Source of the DNA: Amoebophrya sp. A120
Lineage: Eukaryota; Protista; Dinoflagellata
NCBI GenBank assembly: GCA_905178155.1
Contig: CAJINV010000016.1
Location: 62,001 to 126,000, forward strand
Reading direction: 5' to 3'
Length of the DNA stretch: 64,000 nucleotides
The notes beneath the pieces were generated by a model that was not told where the DNA came from, made no database searches, and worked only from the letters and a program-made list of their open reading frames with translations. Positions 11,601-23,528 of this stretch are shown here, piece by piece (position 1 is the first letter of the stretch; each line of letters opens with the position of its first letter). The position numbers and the translations under genes were made by a program.

Positions 11601-14600
11601 GCGGAAATCGCAGCACTGTTTTTGGGGTAAATCTAATTCCCGCTTCTGGGATTTGTTATACAAACATCGCCACAGGAGGGAACGAAAGGACAGTGTAGTC
11701 AGGCTTTTGCATTTATTTGCATGACAAGTAAGGTGGAAGTAGAGTCATGCACTTGGTACGGCGTTTGGTATTCCTTGAAGTCGGTGAGAGCCACGACGGA
11801 AGCTGGATTTTGAGAAGTTTTTGGTCAAAGTCTTGTAGCTCCGCCGAAGCATCTTCACAAGTTCAAAAGAAATAAGCCTAGAATGCTAATTCAGAAGAAA
11901 ACATACATATGATAACGCAGCTCAACATCCAGAGGATATCAAATCAACTTGCAACAGAGGGGTAAAAATTGCTTACGTGCCGTTTGCCTCGACTTGGTTC
12001 TGCAAACGGCGACGTTATGGGTTCTTTGGGGAGTTTATCCTATGCAAAGTTTTCTTTACCTCTTTCAGCATCTGCTTCTACTATGATCTTGCACGACAAC
12101 TTCATTGATTTGTGCTGCTGGTTGTAATAGTACTATCTACCATCAGGTATGCAGGCTGTGCGTGCTTATCAACATCAGGTAGAGGATGATGACAAAGCAG
12201 CCGGGTTTTTTATCCTGTATAAAAAAGTCCCCACCCAACAGCTGAGATAAAAATTTTGCTAGTAGTAGTACACAAATCAATTTGCTTCGTCTGTTGCGCA
12301 TGACAAAAAAAGGGTCGCAATGTAAACGTGTTGAGGTACTAGCGCAGCTGCATCACAAATCGATCGCGTTGCGCTAGAAGCATGACAAAACACTACTTCA
12401 TCGAAAATGCTTCTCATGGCCATGAGGAGGCGAAAGCGAATGAAAGCCCTCTGATATTTCGTATTAGGGATCATGCAGAATCACATGAGAAATGTGGGGC
12501 GAGGACGTGTTTACACTGGATATTTTTCTGTGTGTTAGAACCAGGTCCGGAGTAGCGCTACCCACTTTCTTATCCACAGAAGAAAACCTATCCTATCCCC
12601 ATCCATTTTTCGCACGACAGGTTTTGTTGATGCATCATGTTTTGAATTTACAAATTGAATGAGGACGAGGAGCCTTTTTTTGTGGATATTTCTTAGTCGG
12701 TGTCCAGAAAACCGCGACGCGCTCGTCTCCGCTGTTATGCAATGCAAAAGTGTCGGCCATCCTCTCGTGCCTACAACTCAAATTTTGTTCATGATTCTAT
12801 TCGCCGAATTCGAAATGCGGTTTGTGCAGCTAGCCCGATGAGCACACAATAAAGACGGATCTTCTGTCTGACGACCACGAGTGATGTGATGCGTATTTCA
12901 CTTTTACAGTGGATAGCTGCTTTTCGGATGCAGTACTCCACAGCCCTCCGGGTAGAGTTGCTGGTTATTGTTGTTGTGGCAAATACTCCCGTTTTTCACA
13001 CACTTGGTTTCATGCTTCACCTCCGTGAAAGGGGTGTCGTCGGCGGCCACGTAGCAGGCGTCGCTCACTCCCAATTTACACAGGTACGCGATAGCGAGTA
13101 GACACTCGTGCTTGTTGCTGATTGCGTCCTCGGGCGTGCACTTGGCAGCACCCTTCCAGCTATTAGCTACCGCAGCGACTTTCTTCACCTCGTATCCGGA
13201 AGCGAAACAGTAGGGATTCTCGGTCGTCTGACAGAGGTCCCAGGCGGCGGTCTTCGTTTTGGAGGTTTTTTGAAGTGTAGAAGCTGATGTCACGGCCGCG
13301 CCGCGAGCAGTGGATACAGCCGAAGCTGCGTCACTAGATGAAGAGGAGATCATCACTTCGGTTTTTCGGGAAGTGGCTAGTGCTCCTGCTTCATCTTCTT
13401 GCTGGAGAAAGGCGCTGGTTTCCGTTTCGTGCCGTTCGGTGTGCAAGTGGGGAATGTAGTCTAGGTTGACGTCTTGGTCTTCTTTCAGGTTCTTCAAATC
13501 AGAAGTTGTATCAGACTGTTGTCTATCGGAGTCTTGTTTTGATGTACTTTCTTTCTCAGGATCCAACTCCACGTCTTGCTCATCAGCATGACCTGGAGGG
13601 TCTTCTACTTGCGTAGCTGCTTCTTCTCCACTACTGGCACCTGCCGTTCTTGTGTCTACCTCCTGTTCTCCTGCTGACTGCGAAGATGATGTTGCGCTGG
13701 AGGAGTCAGCTTCTATCTTCTCGTTTTTAGCACCACTGCCGCTCGTATTTTGATTTTGGTCCTCCGAAGACTCAGACTCTACTGTCTTTGTGTTTTTAAC
13801 TGTCGACGTTGACTTCGACTTGTCTGTCGCCCTATTGCTCGTATCCTCGCTCTCTTTGGAGAAGGTTCCGGTAGAGCTGCTACTGCCACCAGCTTCTGAC
13901 GTCGACGATGCGGTCGTGCTGCTATCAGGTGGCGCATCAGTTGCTGGAGTTTCTATCTCACCAGGCTCTGGTGCCCTTCCACTTTCGCTTTCCTGGCTCT
14001 TGTCGTTCTTTTGGTCGTTTTGTTCCTCGGTTTGCTTGCTGTTGGTGCCATCTGTTTCCTCAGTTGCTGTTGCACCGCCTACAGGAACAGCACCTGCTTC
14101 TTCTACTGGCCGCGCAGCCGCAGCTTCCTTCTCCGCATTTTCTACATCTTCCTTGTCGCTGGCACGGCCTGCGTGGTCCAATTCGACTGCGGTGTCGGGT
14201 ATTTCATCAGTGCCTGTTGTCGTCCCTTCATCTGGATCTGTCGTGCTCGTGCTGTCCGGTGGAGTTGAACTCGGGCTAACGGGCTCCTCTGCAGAAGTCG
14301 GGGGCTCTATTGTTGTCGTAGTCGCATCTGGTTCGTCATCTCCATCAGGTGTGGTTGTTGCACCTAGACCACTGTGGTTGTCAACATCATCTACCGGAGT
14401 GCGATTTTCACCAGTAGCAGTAGCTGCACCATCTACAGCTGCACTGTGCTCGTCCCCGTCAACAGCCTCATTTTCTTCCAGTTCCGCTCGCAATAACCGA
14501 CTGCCGAAGGTGGAGTCGGCTCTCCCGGCGGCTTCGGCGCTGCCAGATTCAGCATCGAGATCGACCTCGAGCCGAGTCTGGCTTGCGGTTGCCGTTGCCG

Positions 14601-14742
14601 CGTCGTGTTGCCGCTCATGATTTGTTCGCACTCCATCACGACGTTCGAGGCCGTGCTGCTGCAGCGAAGCAACTTGTGGTGGTCCTCTTGCGGCCAAGTG
14701 CCAAAGAACAACACACCGCCTCATCAGAACACACCGCCTCAT
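2640..14742 (-). CDS. Large multi-exon Cys-rich secreted/surface protein: acidic Ser/Thr-rich N-terminus, Cys-rich modules, probable C-terminal TM helix
   Basis: 632-aa ORF 12904-14802. Hand-spliced in-frame segments: 11467-10741 (KSGNLNHPIDSTG...DECRLT), 9180-8390 (KWTRLHFFNQERHDCEIACKELWSK) and 8150-4146 (DYTALCQIHP...FHFNERWSSP...CMGTCGSYAD...STTDGVYF...NNTCCMGT), which includes GT-AG intron 4970-6402. TM-like ORF at 2640-2996 (VLVFVLITVIAL). Links between these segments are not all resolved, so this could be more than one gene. Confidence 0.6.
3181..4194. other. GC-rich island flanked by a 45-bp direct duplication of exon sequence
   Basis: 3181-3225 = 4150-4194 (1 mismatch), both encoding MCVDYPDNNTCCMGT; interior has AGAGGT(C/G) and 13-bp repeats and a family-B TIR half at ~4115-4141. 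Confidence 0.8.
3790..3883. repeat. 13-bp tandem repeat, ~7 copies
   Basis: (CGCCACCCTCTCG)n with small variants. Confidence 0.9.
4549..4836. mobile_element. TIR introner, diverged family A
   Basis: TATG...CGTA, TSD CTTGT/CTGGT; removal gives ASTSTTDGVYF. Confidence 0.75.
5077..6332. other. GC-rich island flanked by a 36-bp direct duplication, inside GT-AG intron 4970-6402
   Basis: 5077-5112 = 6297-6332 (AGAAAACGAATTATGGCGTTCCGCGGATRTTGGTTT). Confidence 0.8.
6438..6778. mobile_element. TIR introner, family A (diverged)
   Basis: TATC...CATA with GTCTGGATCTGG/CCAGACCCAGAC, TSD ACTTC. Confidence 0.85.
6835..6998. mobile_element. TIR introner, family K
   Basis: TATC..CCAAAAAGTGTTA / TAACACTTTTTTGG..GATA, TSD CGTTG; frame restored. 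Confidence 0.9.
7474..7747. mobile_element. TIR introner, family C (reverse orientation)
   Basis: TATGG..GTCAG / CTGAC..CCATA, TSD AGATC. Confidence 0.9.
7802..8127. mobile_element. TIR introner, family I
   Basis: TATC..AAAAATCCC / GGGATTTTT..GATA, TSD GCGCG; frame restored. Confidence 0.88.
8461..8785. mobile_element. Two tandem family-B introners (8461-8634 and 8640-8785)
   Basis: Three TSD copies, AAAGG/AAAGC/AAAGC, around two elements with AAAAG(TTG)TATCGT TIRs. Confidence 0.85.
8848..9113. mobile_element. Family-J introner with a family-B introner (8852-9000) nested in its terminus
   Basis: Outer TSD GTGTC/GGGTC; inner TSD CTATC. Confidence 0.82.
10830..11091. mobile_element. TIR introner, family A (reverse orientation)
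   Basis: TATCAACTG..GTCTGGGTCTGG TIR, TSD GCTAT. Confidence 0.92.
11146..11451. mobile_element. TIR introner, family C
   Basis: ~38-bp near-perfect TIR, TSD TTCCC. Confidence 0.92.
11468..11758. mobile_element. Probable decayed family-F introner
   Basis: Left end TATGAGAGGGCACAACT; right end degenerate; TSD TGGCG/CGGCG. Confidence 0.45.
12211..12522. mobile_element. TIR introner, family D-like
   Basis: TATCCTGT..GTCCCCAC / GTGGGG..ACACTGGATA, TSD TTTTT. Confidence 0.75.
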
Positions 14743-15229
14743 CAGGCGGCATGCTGGGTTTGCGAAATGGCACGGGGCTATGATCGGGCAGCTAGTTAAC
14801 ATTGAGTAAGAATCCGAGCCACATTTTGTTTTAGGTAAATAGACATCAACTCATGCGCCACCCTTTTATCTCTCACTCAGGAGTCGTTTCCTGGGCGATA
14901 TTACGCCTTCAGGACCTCCCCGTCTCCCATCGCTCATCGTCAAAACCGGATCCAAGTTCTCTCTTATCCGCGTCCCCCTCAAGATTAGACTGCCAGAGAG
15001 GTTGCAACACCCCTCAACATCATGTCTCAGTTTGGAGTCGCAACAAATCATGGGCCGACGCAATTCGTCGCCGCGTTCTATGACGTGAACAACACCACAG
15101 AGAACTGCGCTGCGCGAGCCTGCAGAGGACGCAACCAACGAACAGTCAACCCACGGACGTAAAGGCGCGCGCATCCATGCTGGACATAGATGGAAAGCAG
15201 AGATCTTCGCCGAGGCAGAAGGGGAATTA

Positions 15230-16450
15230 ATCGCCGTAGTTGGGGGGCAACACCACCACCACAAAGAAAGATAGGGAACAGGGCGCCCGGCGGCCGGCAA
15301 CCAAACTAAAACGGCGCCACAGAGGCGGCGCGGGATAGGAAAGAAACCCGCCCCATCCCGGGGCCACTCCCGGGCTTGGCGCGCGCAACGCGCGCGCCAG
15401 GCCCAAGAGAACATCAAAACGCCCGGGCCCTATGTTTTCCAGGAAGGTGCCGCCTTCTTCGGCAGCCATCCTGATGGACCCATGCGAAACGAGGCGGCGC
15501 CCGGGGGCAGGCTTGGGCGGGTAGCAATCTCCGGGGCGCCCCAAATGCCAGCGCGGCGGAGCAGGTAGGGGCCCGGGGGGGCGGGCCAACTAACACAAGG
15601 AAACAAAGGCGCAGCCCGCCAGGCGCCACGGCGCCCGCGCGAACAAACAGAGGCCAGCCAGGGGCGACGAATCCGGCGGGGCCCGCGCAGGCTCGCTGAG
15701 TATCATCCTCCTTCCACCTCGTCCCAGATCGGGCGCGGAGCCCGGGGCCATCGCGCATTCGCTTCGGAAACACAAACACAGGGCGGCCGCCCGGCGCACC
15801 CGGGGGGGGCCACAAATACAGACGGCGGCCGCCGCACAAGCGGCACGCAGCGGGGGCCCTGCGGCTTTGTCCCCCGCCCCAAGGGGCCGCGCGGCGCGAA
15901 GCGTTTGCGCCTGGCGAAGGGGAGGGCTCCACAGCCCTAAGGCTTCCGGCAAGTTTCGGGCCCATGCAAGCACCGGGCCCCCATACAGCCGCGCTGAAAT
16001 CGCAGCCCTCCGCCCAATAACACCAACCACCAAAACAGCCGCCCGGCCTGGTGCCGGTGGCAGCGGGAACAAACAAAGCCGCGGGGGAAATGGTGGAGAC
16101 AACCCCGAAACCCGAGGGGCCCGCTCGTTGGGTTATTGGGCGGATTCTTGGCGGGCGTGGCTGCGGGATTTCGCAAATTGGTTCCAGCCCATCCGGCGCA
16201 AGGCCCACCGGGCGCCGGCAATGGCCCAGGTGCTAACGATTCGGCCTCCAGCCCTCTGGCTTGCCGGCGGTCTGGGAAGTGGCCGCGGTACTTGCCATGC
16301 CCAGAGAGGGCAAGGCGGAACCTTGGCAACCATGGCAAGCCGTTCACGCCTGGCCATTGGCGCGCAGTGATTTCCGTGGCTGTGGGCACGCCGGAGGGCT
16401 TGGCGGTTCCCGGCCACCACGTAGATCGCGCAGCGCGCCCCCCTACATGG
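15230..16450. other. Intergenic GC-rich non-coding island
   Basis: Abrupt shift to G/C-run-rich, T-poor sequence; overlapping ORFs in all frames with no recognisable domain; boundaries approximate. Confidence 0.6.
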
Positions 16451-16898
16451 GTTTTGGTTCTGTGTTCCACATTGTCACCCAGGAGCAATAACAATGAGGC
16501 GTCGCAGCCTTGTATTCGTATTCCTATGAGTCGACGAACAAAGCGCAGCTTCAGCCGTAGCAGTCCAGTCTCGTCATGGGAAGAAACGAGTGGCGAGGCC
16601 GTAGGCCAAAGTCCAGGCGAAGACAACTACTTCGCTGGCTCATATTTATTCGATTCTGTTTTAGGAGGTGAAACAGATTTCAGTGAAGAAACGTTTTGTT
16701 TTGTACAAAGGAAGAGCGAGGGCATATGCTGCAAGCATTGGCTGCTCAAAGTCATCAACAAAAAAGTGCACTTCGGCTGCAGGAAATAACACCCCCCTGC
16801 AGCTACAGCATGCGGTTCATTTTGTACATGATATAGCGATATACAACTTCAAGTAAAGAACCGCAAAGAACACTCCACATCACCTTCTTCCTCACCAC

Positions 16899-19800
16899 CT
16901 ATCTATTCGTCCACGCCTCTTTCACCACCCGCTGGTGCACCCCTCCAGCTCTCCTATTCGGCGACATCAACCCTCCGCCACCCGGCCCGCTTATCACCTC
17001 CTTCAAGTCCTTCCCGCCCCCGTTCGCCGTGAATTCGCTCGCCTTGCTCGCGTCCCACCCTAGTCTCGGGAGGTTTTTCTGCTCATTCTCGAAAAACTGC
17101 TGGAGGAACTCTTTTTTCAGCAGCTTCGCCTGGTCCGAGGCTTTTTTCACGACGTTCTTCCGGCTGTACGGCTTCTCGAAGGGAAAGGGTTTATCGTCTT
17201 CGTCCTCCTTCGTGTACTGAAAGTGACTGGGCACTTCCACGATGTCAAACGCGCCCCAGGCGGAGTCTTGGGAGGATTTTCTTCTCCGTTCCTTCTCCCG
17301 CCGCTCCTCCTCGACGAACTCCTGGTGGTCTAGTTGCCTCAGTATGCAATACAAATTTCCCGTACATGTACAAAATGCATCACAAATGTCACCAATTTGG
17401 AATGTAAAAACACCTGTCATGCTAAACTAGGACCGGAGCCAAGTCTTGTTGTAATGCAGAGACCACATCATCATTTGTACGTGTATGGGAAATTTCCTGT
17501 AGATATTCAGCTCCGCTCGCTCCCTTTCCTCCGCCGTCCAGGGAATCATCTCGTGCCGGTTGCCGCGAGAGGAGAAGGGGGAAGTTAGGGTTTTTACACT
17601 GGCAAGCTGTTCTTGCTGATTTTGATGTTGCTTGATGTTTCGTGTCGAAATCTGCAATCCGGTTGGTGACATTTGGTTGTTGCTGGTTTGATTCATCAGC
17701 ACCGGTGAAATAGACCGAGAACGAGGATCGCCATGTTGATCCCTTACCGGGGATATACATTGCAAGTATGTAATCTGGGTCTGGAAACAGAAACTTGTAA
17801 TGCTAAAAGTGAATGAGAGTAGTTCCACTGCAAAAATACGGAGCCAAGCATGACAAATTTTTGGGCTCGTCCTATGTGTTGCGTGTCCCGCATGGCAAAC
17901 TGCGTTTATTCCAGACCCAGACATATCTGCAATGCATAGGGGAGCAAGCGATCTTTTTCCTCTCCTCCTGCAGCACCATTTTCTTCGCGCAGTATGCAAT
18001 ACAAATTTCCCGTACATGTACAAGATGCATCACAAATTTCACCAATTTGAAGCGTAAAACTTGTCATGCTAGACTAGGATCGAAGCCCATTTTTGTCATG
18101 CAGAGACCGCATACGTACGTGTACGGGAAATTTACTGTGCCTGTGGATACGCAGTCGATACAGCGAATACCCACGTCTTTCGGCACTACTGGGTACAGGG
18201 GCTGGATTTTTTGTATCAATTTGTTCCTGAGTGACAGCGACTGTCTTTTTTTTGTGTAGCACAGATACGCATCACAAAAAATCCAACATGCCTACTTACG
18301 CATTTACATTTTCGCATGACAAAAGAGGCCAAACAGGCATTGGCATGAACATGATCATACCTTCTTCCCATGCGCTTCGTCCACGCCGTCGTTAGCCAGC
18401 CGTTCCAAATTGACGTTTCGCTGTTGCAAGTAGTAGCACTCCTCATACACTTCCTTCACATCCTCCTTCCACGCCTTGCGCATTCTCGCCTCCAGAAACC
18501 GCAGGCGTTCCCGCCACTTCTCCCGTTCGATCACGAGCCTGACGTTCCGGTGGGTCAAGAACTCCTCGTGCGCCATCCTTCGGGTCTCCGATAACTGCAG
18601 GCACAATTCCGTGTTTTCGTGTTGGAGCTCGGAAAACTGCTCCATGTATGCAATACAAATTTCCCGTACATGTACAAGATGCATCACAAAGTTCAACGAT
18701 TTGGAGCGTAACACTTGTCATGGTAAACTAGGATCGAAGCCCAATTTTGTGATGCAGAGAGTGCATTTGTATGTCGTGTACGGGAAATTTACTGTGGATA
18801 CCATGTACACGTTCCACATTTGCGGGTTCAAGTCGTTATCCTGTGCAAAAGTACCGTAGTCGTATTGCAGTCATGCATTACAAATCTTTTTCTCAAGGTA
18901 AATCAGCATTTCATTTCTCATGTTTAGGAAATTTGTAATGCATTTATACGAGCACGATTCTTTTGCAATTCATAGTCGTCCCGGAACGCCTCTAATTCTC
19001 CGACGTAGAGTTTCAAAAACTTGTTCTCCTGCTGCGCCTCCTGGGTGATTCGTAAATCCCGTATTCTCCCGTTGGTCCGCAGCGCCTCAATCGCCCAGTG
19101 GCGGAAGCACACCTTGTGCAGGTCCGGCCGGGAGCTCGGGTTGATCAGCACGCGGAGCTATCAAATGCAAAAGTGTCTGGGTCTGGGAGATTGCAAGACT
19201 TGTCATGCATATTTTGCATGATCCATAATGCCTGTAATGCATGGCCTACCCCTACTAGCATCACAGATTTTTAGAGGGCTTCCTCATGCCTCTTCCGCAT
19301 GACAAATGCCATCTCCGCGCCGGAGCACAAAGTCTACTCCGCTTACTGGTCACGCACTACAAATTTTTTTCGAATCCAGAGACAGCATCACAAGTTTAGA
19401 ATCTTCCTGACCCAGACATTTTTGCATTTGATAAGAGCCGGTAGAGCGCTTTCTCGCCGAGGGACCGCATCCGCTTCCGCCGTGCGTTTATCGTCTGCAA
19501 AAGTATCGCACACGCACGCGTTTTGCAGTCATGCATTACAAATCTTTTTGTTAAGTCAGATCCGCGTTACAAATTTTATTTCTCACGCTGAGGAAATTTG
19601 TAATGCATTTATACGAGTACGACCACGATACTTTTACACTGCATAGCGTTCGTCACGTTTTTCTCGTCCTGGAGTTGCGAGCGGTATCAAATGTAGAAAT
19701 GTCTGGGTCTGGAAGATTCTGACACTTGTCATGCACGTTTTGCATGAGCCATGATGTCTGTGATGCATACCCTAGCAATACAAATTTTTTGAGGGCTTCT

Positions 19801-21141
19801 TGAACTTGATGCCTATCCCGCATGACAAATGCCTTCTCAGCGTAGCAAAAATAGCATTCTGTTTGCTACTCATGCAATACAGATTTTTTTGGAATCCAAA
19901 TACAGCATCACAAGCTGCATTCTTCCAGACCCAGACATTTTTGCACTTCATAAGCGGACGTCGGCAACCACCTTCATCCAGTGCTCGCGCTCTACCACCA
20001 GTCGTTTTTCACTGTCATCCAGCGCGTCGACGATTTTCGTGATCCGCACGTCGGTCTCCCAGGCGGTGAGCAGTTGTTGTCGCTGAATTTTCTTGATCTC
20101 CCGCTGCATCCACTTCGAGAGATTAACGATTAGACCTGCAGTAGTGGTTTATTTTAGAGGATGGAATAAAAGACAAAGAGAAAGACTGGCAACAAGAAAA
20201 ATGCAGATGGATATTTTGAGCAGTGAGACGAGCAGCTTGACCTTGGCGTCATGCATACACGCAGGAAACAAGAATTCGTCGTAAACGCAGTGCAAGTGAC
20301 TGTGACAAATGAAGAAGTATCGAAAACGGACGAAAACAGTAAATTAATACGGTCATGGTGTTTCTTTAATTTTTCGTATCGGTTCCGCCACTTCACCGCG
20401 GAGTCCTGCAGCCACTGTGCTTTTTGCTCCATCCGCCGACACTGCCCTTCCAAGTTGTTTGCCCGCTCGAAGTACTCCTCGTTCATTTTCGCCTGCATGT
20501 AGTACACGTTCGTCATCTTGTACTGGGACTCCATCACTTTCTGGAAGTACTGCTTCTCCTCGATCAGTTGCTTGATCCGGTTCTCTATGCTGTGCAAAAG
20601 CATCACACTTCACTCGTAGTAATTGCAGATATGCATTACAAATCTTCCTCCTAAGGTACAACAGCATCAGAAATCCCACTTTTATTCTTCTTGCCAAAAT
20701 TTGTAATGCAATTTATACTAGTTCTAGTACGTTACTTTTGCAATGCATATTCTCCAGCCCCTGGACGTACTTCTCCCGGTCTAATTTATCTTGGATCATC
20801 TTCTTGTGCTTCGCAGATAACCGATCTCCCAACTCCGACACGTCGCCCGTCAAAACTTGGTGAAAGTCGTCAAACTGGGACATCAGATCCGTGAACCCGC
20901 CGTGAACCTCGTCCCACAGCGCTTGTCTTCGTTCCTCCTGGATCCGCAGGTACTCTGGTTGCTCATCGACGTCCAGTTTGGACGGTAGTTTTCTCGCGTC
21001 CGGGTGGTCTTTGTGGACGTCGCTGATGTTGGCTGCGGCAGAAGTCGCGAAGACGCGCTTCATCTCTTCGGGAGAATACGGCTGGTGCTGCTCGTGGGCC
21101 GGCAGTTGCACCGCCGACCCAGGGATCAATTTGCGGGGCAT
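16899..21141 (-). CDS. Coiled-coil protein of unknown function, at least 9 introner introns plus conventional introns
   Basis: E/R/K/Q-rich exons (ENRIKQLIEEKQYFQKVME, EREKWRERLRFLEARMRK, EEERREKERRRK) joined across TSD-flanked elements; stop at 16899; start uncertain. Confidence 0.75.
17343..17505. mobile_element. TIR introner, family E
   Basis: TATGCAATACAAATTTCCC / GGGAAATTT..GATA, TSD CTCAG/TTCAG. Confidence 0.88.
17754..17938. mobile_element. TIR introner, short family A-like
   Basis: TCTGGGTCTGG TIR core, TSD GGGGA. Confidence 0.88.
17993..18149. mobile_element. TIR introner, family E
   Basis: TSD CGCAG. Confidence 0.9.
18647..18800. mobile_element. TIR introner, family E
   Basis: TSD CCATG. 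Confidence 0.9.
18837..18974. mobile_element. TIR introner, family B
   Basis: TSD GTCGT. Confidence 0.88.
19159..19433. mobile_element. TIR introner, family A
   Basis: TATCAAATGCAAAA TIR, TSD GGAGC/AGAGC. Confidence 0.92.
19489..19645. mobile_element. TIR introner, family B
   Basis: TSD GCGTT. Confidence 0.88.
19685..19952. mobile_element. TIR introner, family A
   Basis: TSD AGCGG. Confidence 0.92.
20586..20749. mobile_element. TIR introner, family B
   Basis: TSD TTCTC. Confidence 0.88.
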
Positions 21142-22139
21142 GGTGGACGTGTGGTCGATGTGTGGGAAAGTTGTCCTGATGGTGATAAAGTACGAGGGGC
21201 GGCGGTTGGGAAGGTTCAGTAACTTCTGGGCTTATTCACGCGACGAATGGAACGCGTGATGGTGGTGGTGGTACGTAGTGGTTTCTCGTCTGGTGCTCAC
21301 GTGAAAAATTATACATAAACAAAAGCAGAAGAAGCAGGCCAAATAATTTACCTTTACGTGGTCAGAAAAACTTGCTTCAATTATTTCGCAATGTATGTTT
21401 TGCGTCGTGTTTTCAGAAACATTGTCATTGAATTGTACATTGAGAAACCCGGCGGTCCACTTCTACGCAAAAATCATGCTGCCCAATGCGGGCCCAGACG
21501 CTGTCTAGAAAAGAGCCAATCTCATGATATGCAATGCATTTGTTCCGTTCGAAGTAGTATCAGAATACTAGACGGTCCTCCTGTCGGACCACGAACAAAA
21601 AACAGGACGCCATCAGCTACATCTTCTCGCTTTCCATTTGCATTTCATTTTCAATTTCGCTAGTGATTCTTTTAGATAAAAAATTGCCTTTCGTCCAACG
21701 CTGATTATAGTTGCAAGCTACAAATACAATGATAAGTCCTCCATGCCTGCTACTTAGCTGTACACTCGCGCTTGTCTTTGCTATATCTACGGCCGTCAGC
21801 GATACCTTCGCATCAGTAGCACGAAGTCGCAGGTCAAACTCCGCAGGGACTGGACCCGGCGCCACGAGACAGTCGAAGATCGCGACAACAATCAAGCAAC
21901 ACGACACAACGAACAAAGGGGAAAGTCAACAGATGTGTTGTTGAATATGAATACGATCACTCGACGCAGTAACATACTTAACCAACGCGACTCATCACCT
22001 CCTATGCACCCTCTGACACGCTCCTGTAGGCCCACTGACGTTGGTTGTGGTCCAGGCACACTGAAGTGGCTGGACAAGCGAACGAACACGGTGAACAAAG
22101 GAAAAATAGTACGAAGGAGCTACTTGCGACTTACTACGC

Positions 22140-23528
22140 TATCCCTGGGGCGCCTCGGCTGCGATGACATGCAACGACCCGCCCCATTGGGTTCCTTGGC
22201 CACCAAACGATCTCTAAGGCGCACAGGGCTCGTAGTAATGATGTCGCCGGACTGTCAGTGGGCGGCGCTGCAGGAACAGGCGTGCGTGTCTCTGCGTGTT
22301 CCCACCCACGCATGGCGGCCGGGCGGCGGAGTGCTGGTAGGCTTGACGCAGGGGCCAACACAAATGCGACACGACTGCCACGCGCCCACCAGTCAGTCAG
22401 AGCGACGACAGGCACCTGGCGCGATCGGTCGCAAAGGGAGACACACAGGGCGGGGACGGATGGGCGCCCCACCCTGCTGCCCCACTAACAGGGGGCCGGG
22501 CGGGGCGCGCACCGAATGGGGGGCCGGGGCGCCCGGCCTAAATCGAAACAAAGAGGGGGCGTCACGACGATGGAGGGAGCCCCCTGTCGGGGGGCGCCGC
22601 GTGCACAGCTTGTGGCCCGTTGGCCTGCCGCACACCGTTCCAGTTGGGGCCGCTGGCGCAGCCCCAGCAAAAGGCCGCGCGGCAGGTCTGAAGCAACGAA
22701 CGACATGCATCCCGGAAGGATATGGGGCGGCACAAAAAAAAATGTTAGGCCTTGTGCTGATTGCGGCCCGCTTTGAGGGCAGGCAGGGGCGGCCGCGTCG
22801 GCATAGCAGATGAAATCCCTGTCGGGCCCGGGGCCAATCGCCTCACCGGATGGCCCCGGTGCGGTTTTTCCGATCCATCTGGCCGCGCCCGCGGTTGGGG
22901 TGGGGATCCCAAAGGGGGCCACCCGCTTCGCCCTCCAGCAAGAGGCGCCCTCCCTCCACGAGCGAACTCGCGCCCAAGGACAAAGGCGGGGCGCCTTGCT
23001 GCCTGACTGTTTTCCCCCCCGGCGGCGCCCCGCCGCAGCGCTGCAAGCTCGTCGGCATGCCTCCCAAGACCCTCCCACGCTGTGGGCTTTGCCCGGCAGC
23101 TGTTGCAGCCGCTGCACGAGTGCCCTCCAATGGCATCCAGTGGCTGGCACTGGCCAGGTGCACTGTTTGGCGCCCACTCAAGTCGGACGCGGGCGCTCTT
23201 CTTGCTACATGGGCCGCCACCACACAAAACACACCCGGGCCCGCCGTCGCGCGCCACCGCCCGTCCTACAAAACGCGGCAGGGCTTTCCGTGGACCGAAG
23301 GCGCTCGGCTTGCTTCGGGGCAACGGGGGCGACCCGGATACCCCCCGGGCCCGCCTCCTTCTGCCCGTCCTCCGATACCTCGAACCCTACTCGGCCCGCG
23401 GAACACAGGGGGCCTCGCGCAGCTCCCCTGGAGGCCAAAGCGAGCAACAAGATACCGCGCCCCCGCTTTGAGTCTTTGCCTGGTACTTCAAACCGGCCGC
23501 AGCAAGGCACTGCGAGGGTTTAGGGTTC
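22140..23528. other. Intergenic GC-rich non-coding island ending in AGGGTTTAGGGTT
   Basis: Same compositional shift as the other islands; no recognisable domain; boundaries approximate. Confidence 0.6.

Noticed and set aside
13790-14620. Plus-strand long ORFs (also 28962-30032, 42463-43170, 37573-38211)
   Set aside because: Antisense shadows of low-complexity minus-strand exons.
14709-14745. 18-bp tandem duplication (MRRCVL twice); also 14-bp tandem at ~4999-5026
   Set aside because: Ordinary slippage duplications with no further structure.
15227-16789. Many overlapping 100-290 aa ORFs in the GC islands (also 3290-4148, 5138-6204, 21935-23716, 30402-31629)
   Set aside because: R/G/P/A-rich, open in several frames on both strands and with no domain; explained by stop-codon scarcity in GC-rich DNA.
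17343-20749. CRISPR-like or integron attC-like array suggested by repeats alternating with short unique spacers
   Set aside because: The repeats are 140-270 bp TIR elements of mixed families, the spacers are in-frame exons, and no cas or integrase gene is present.
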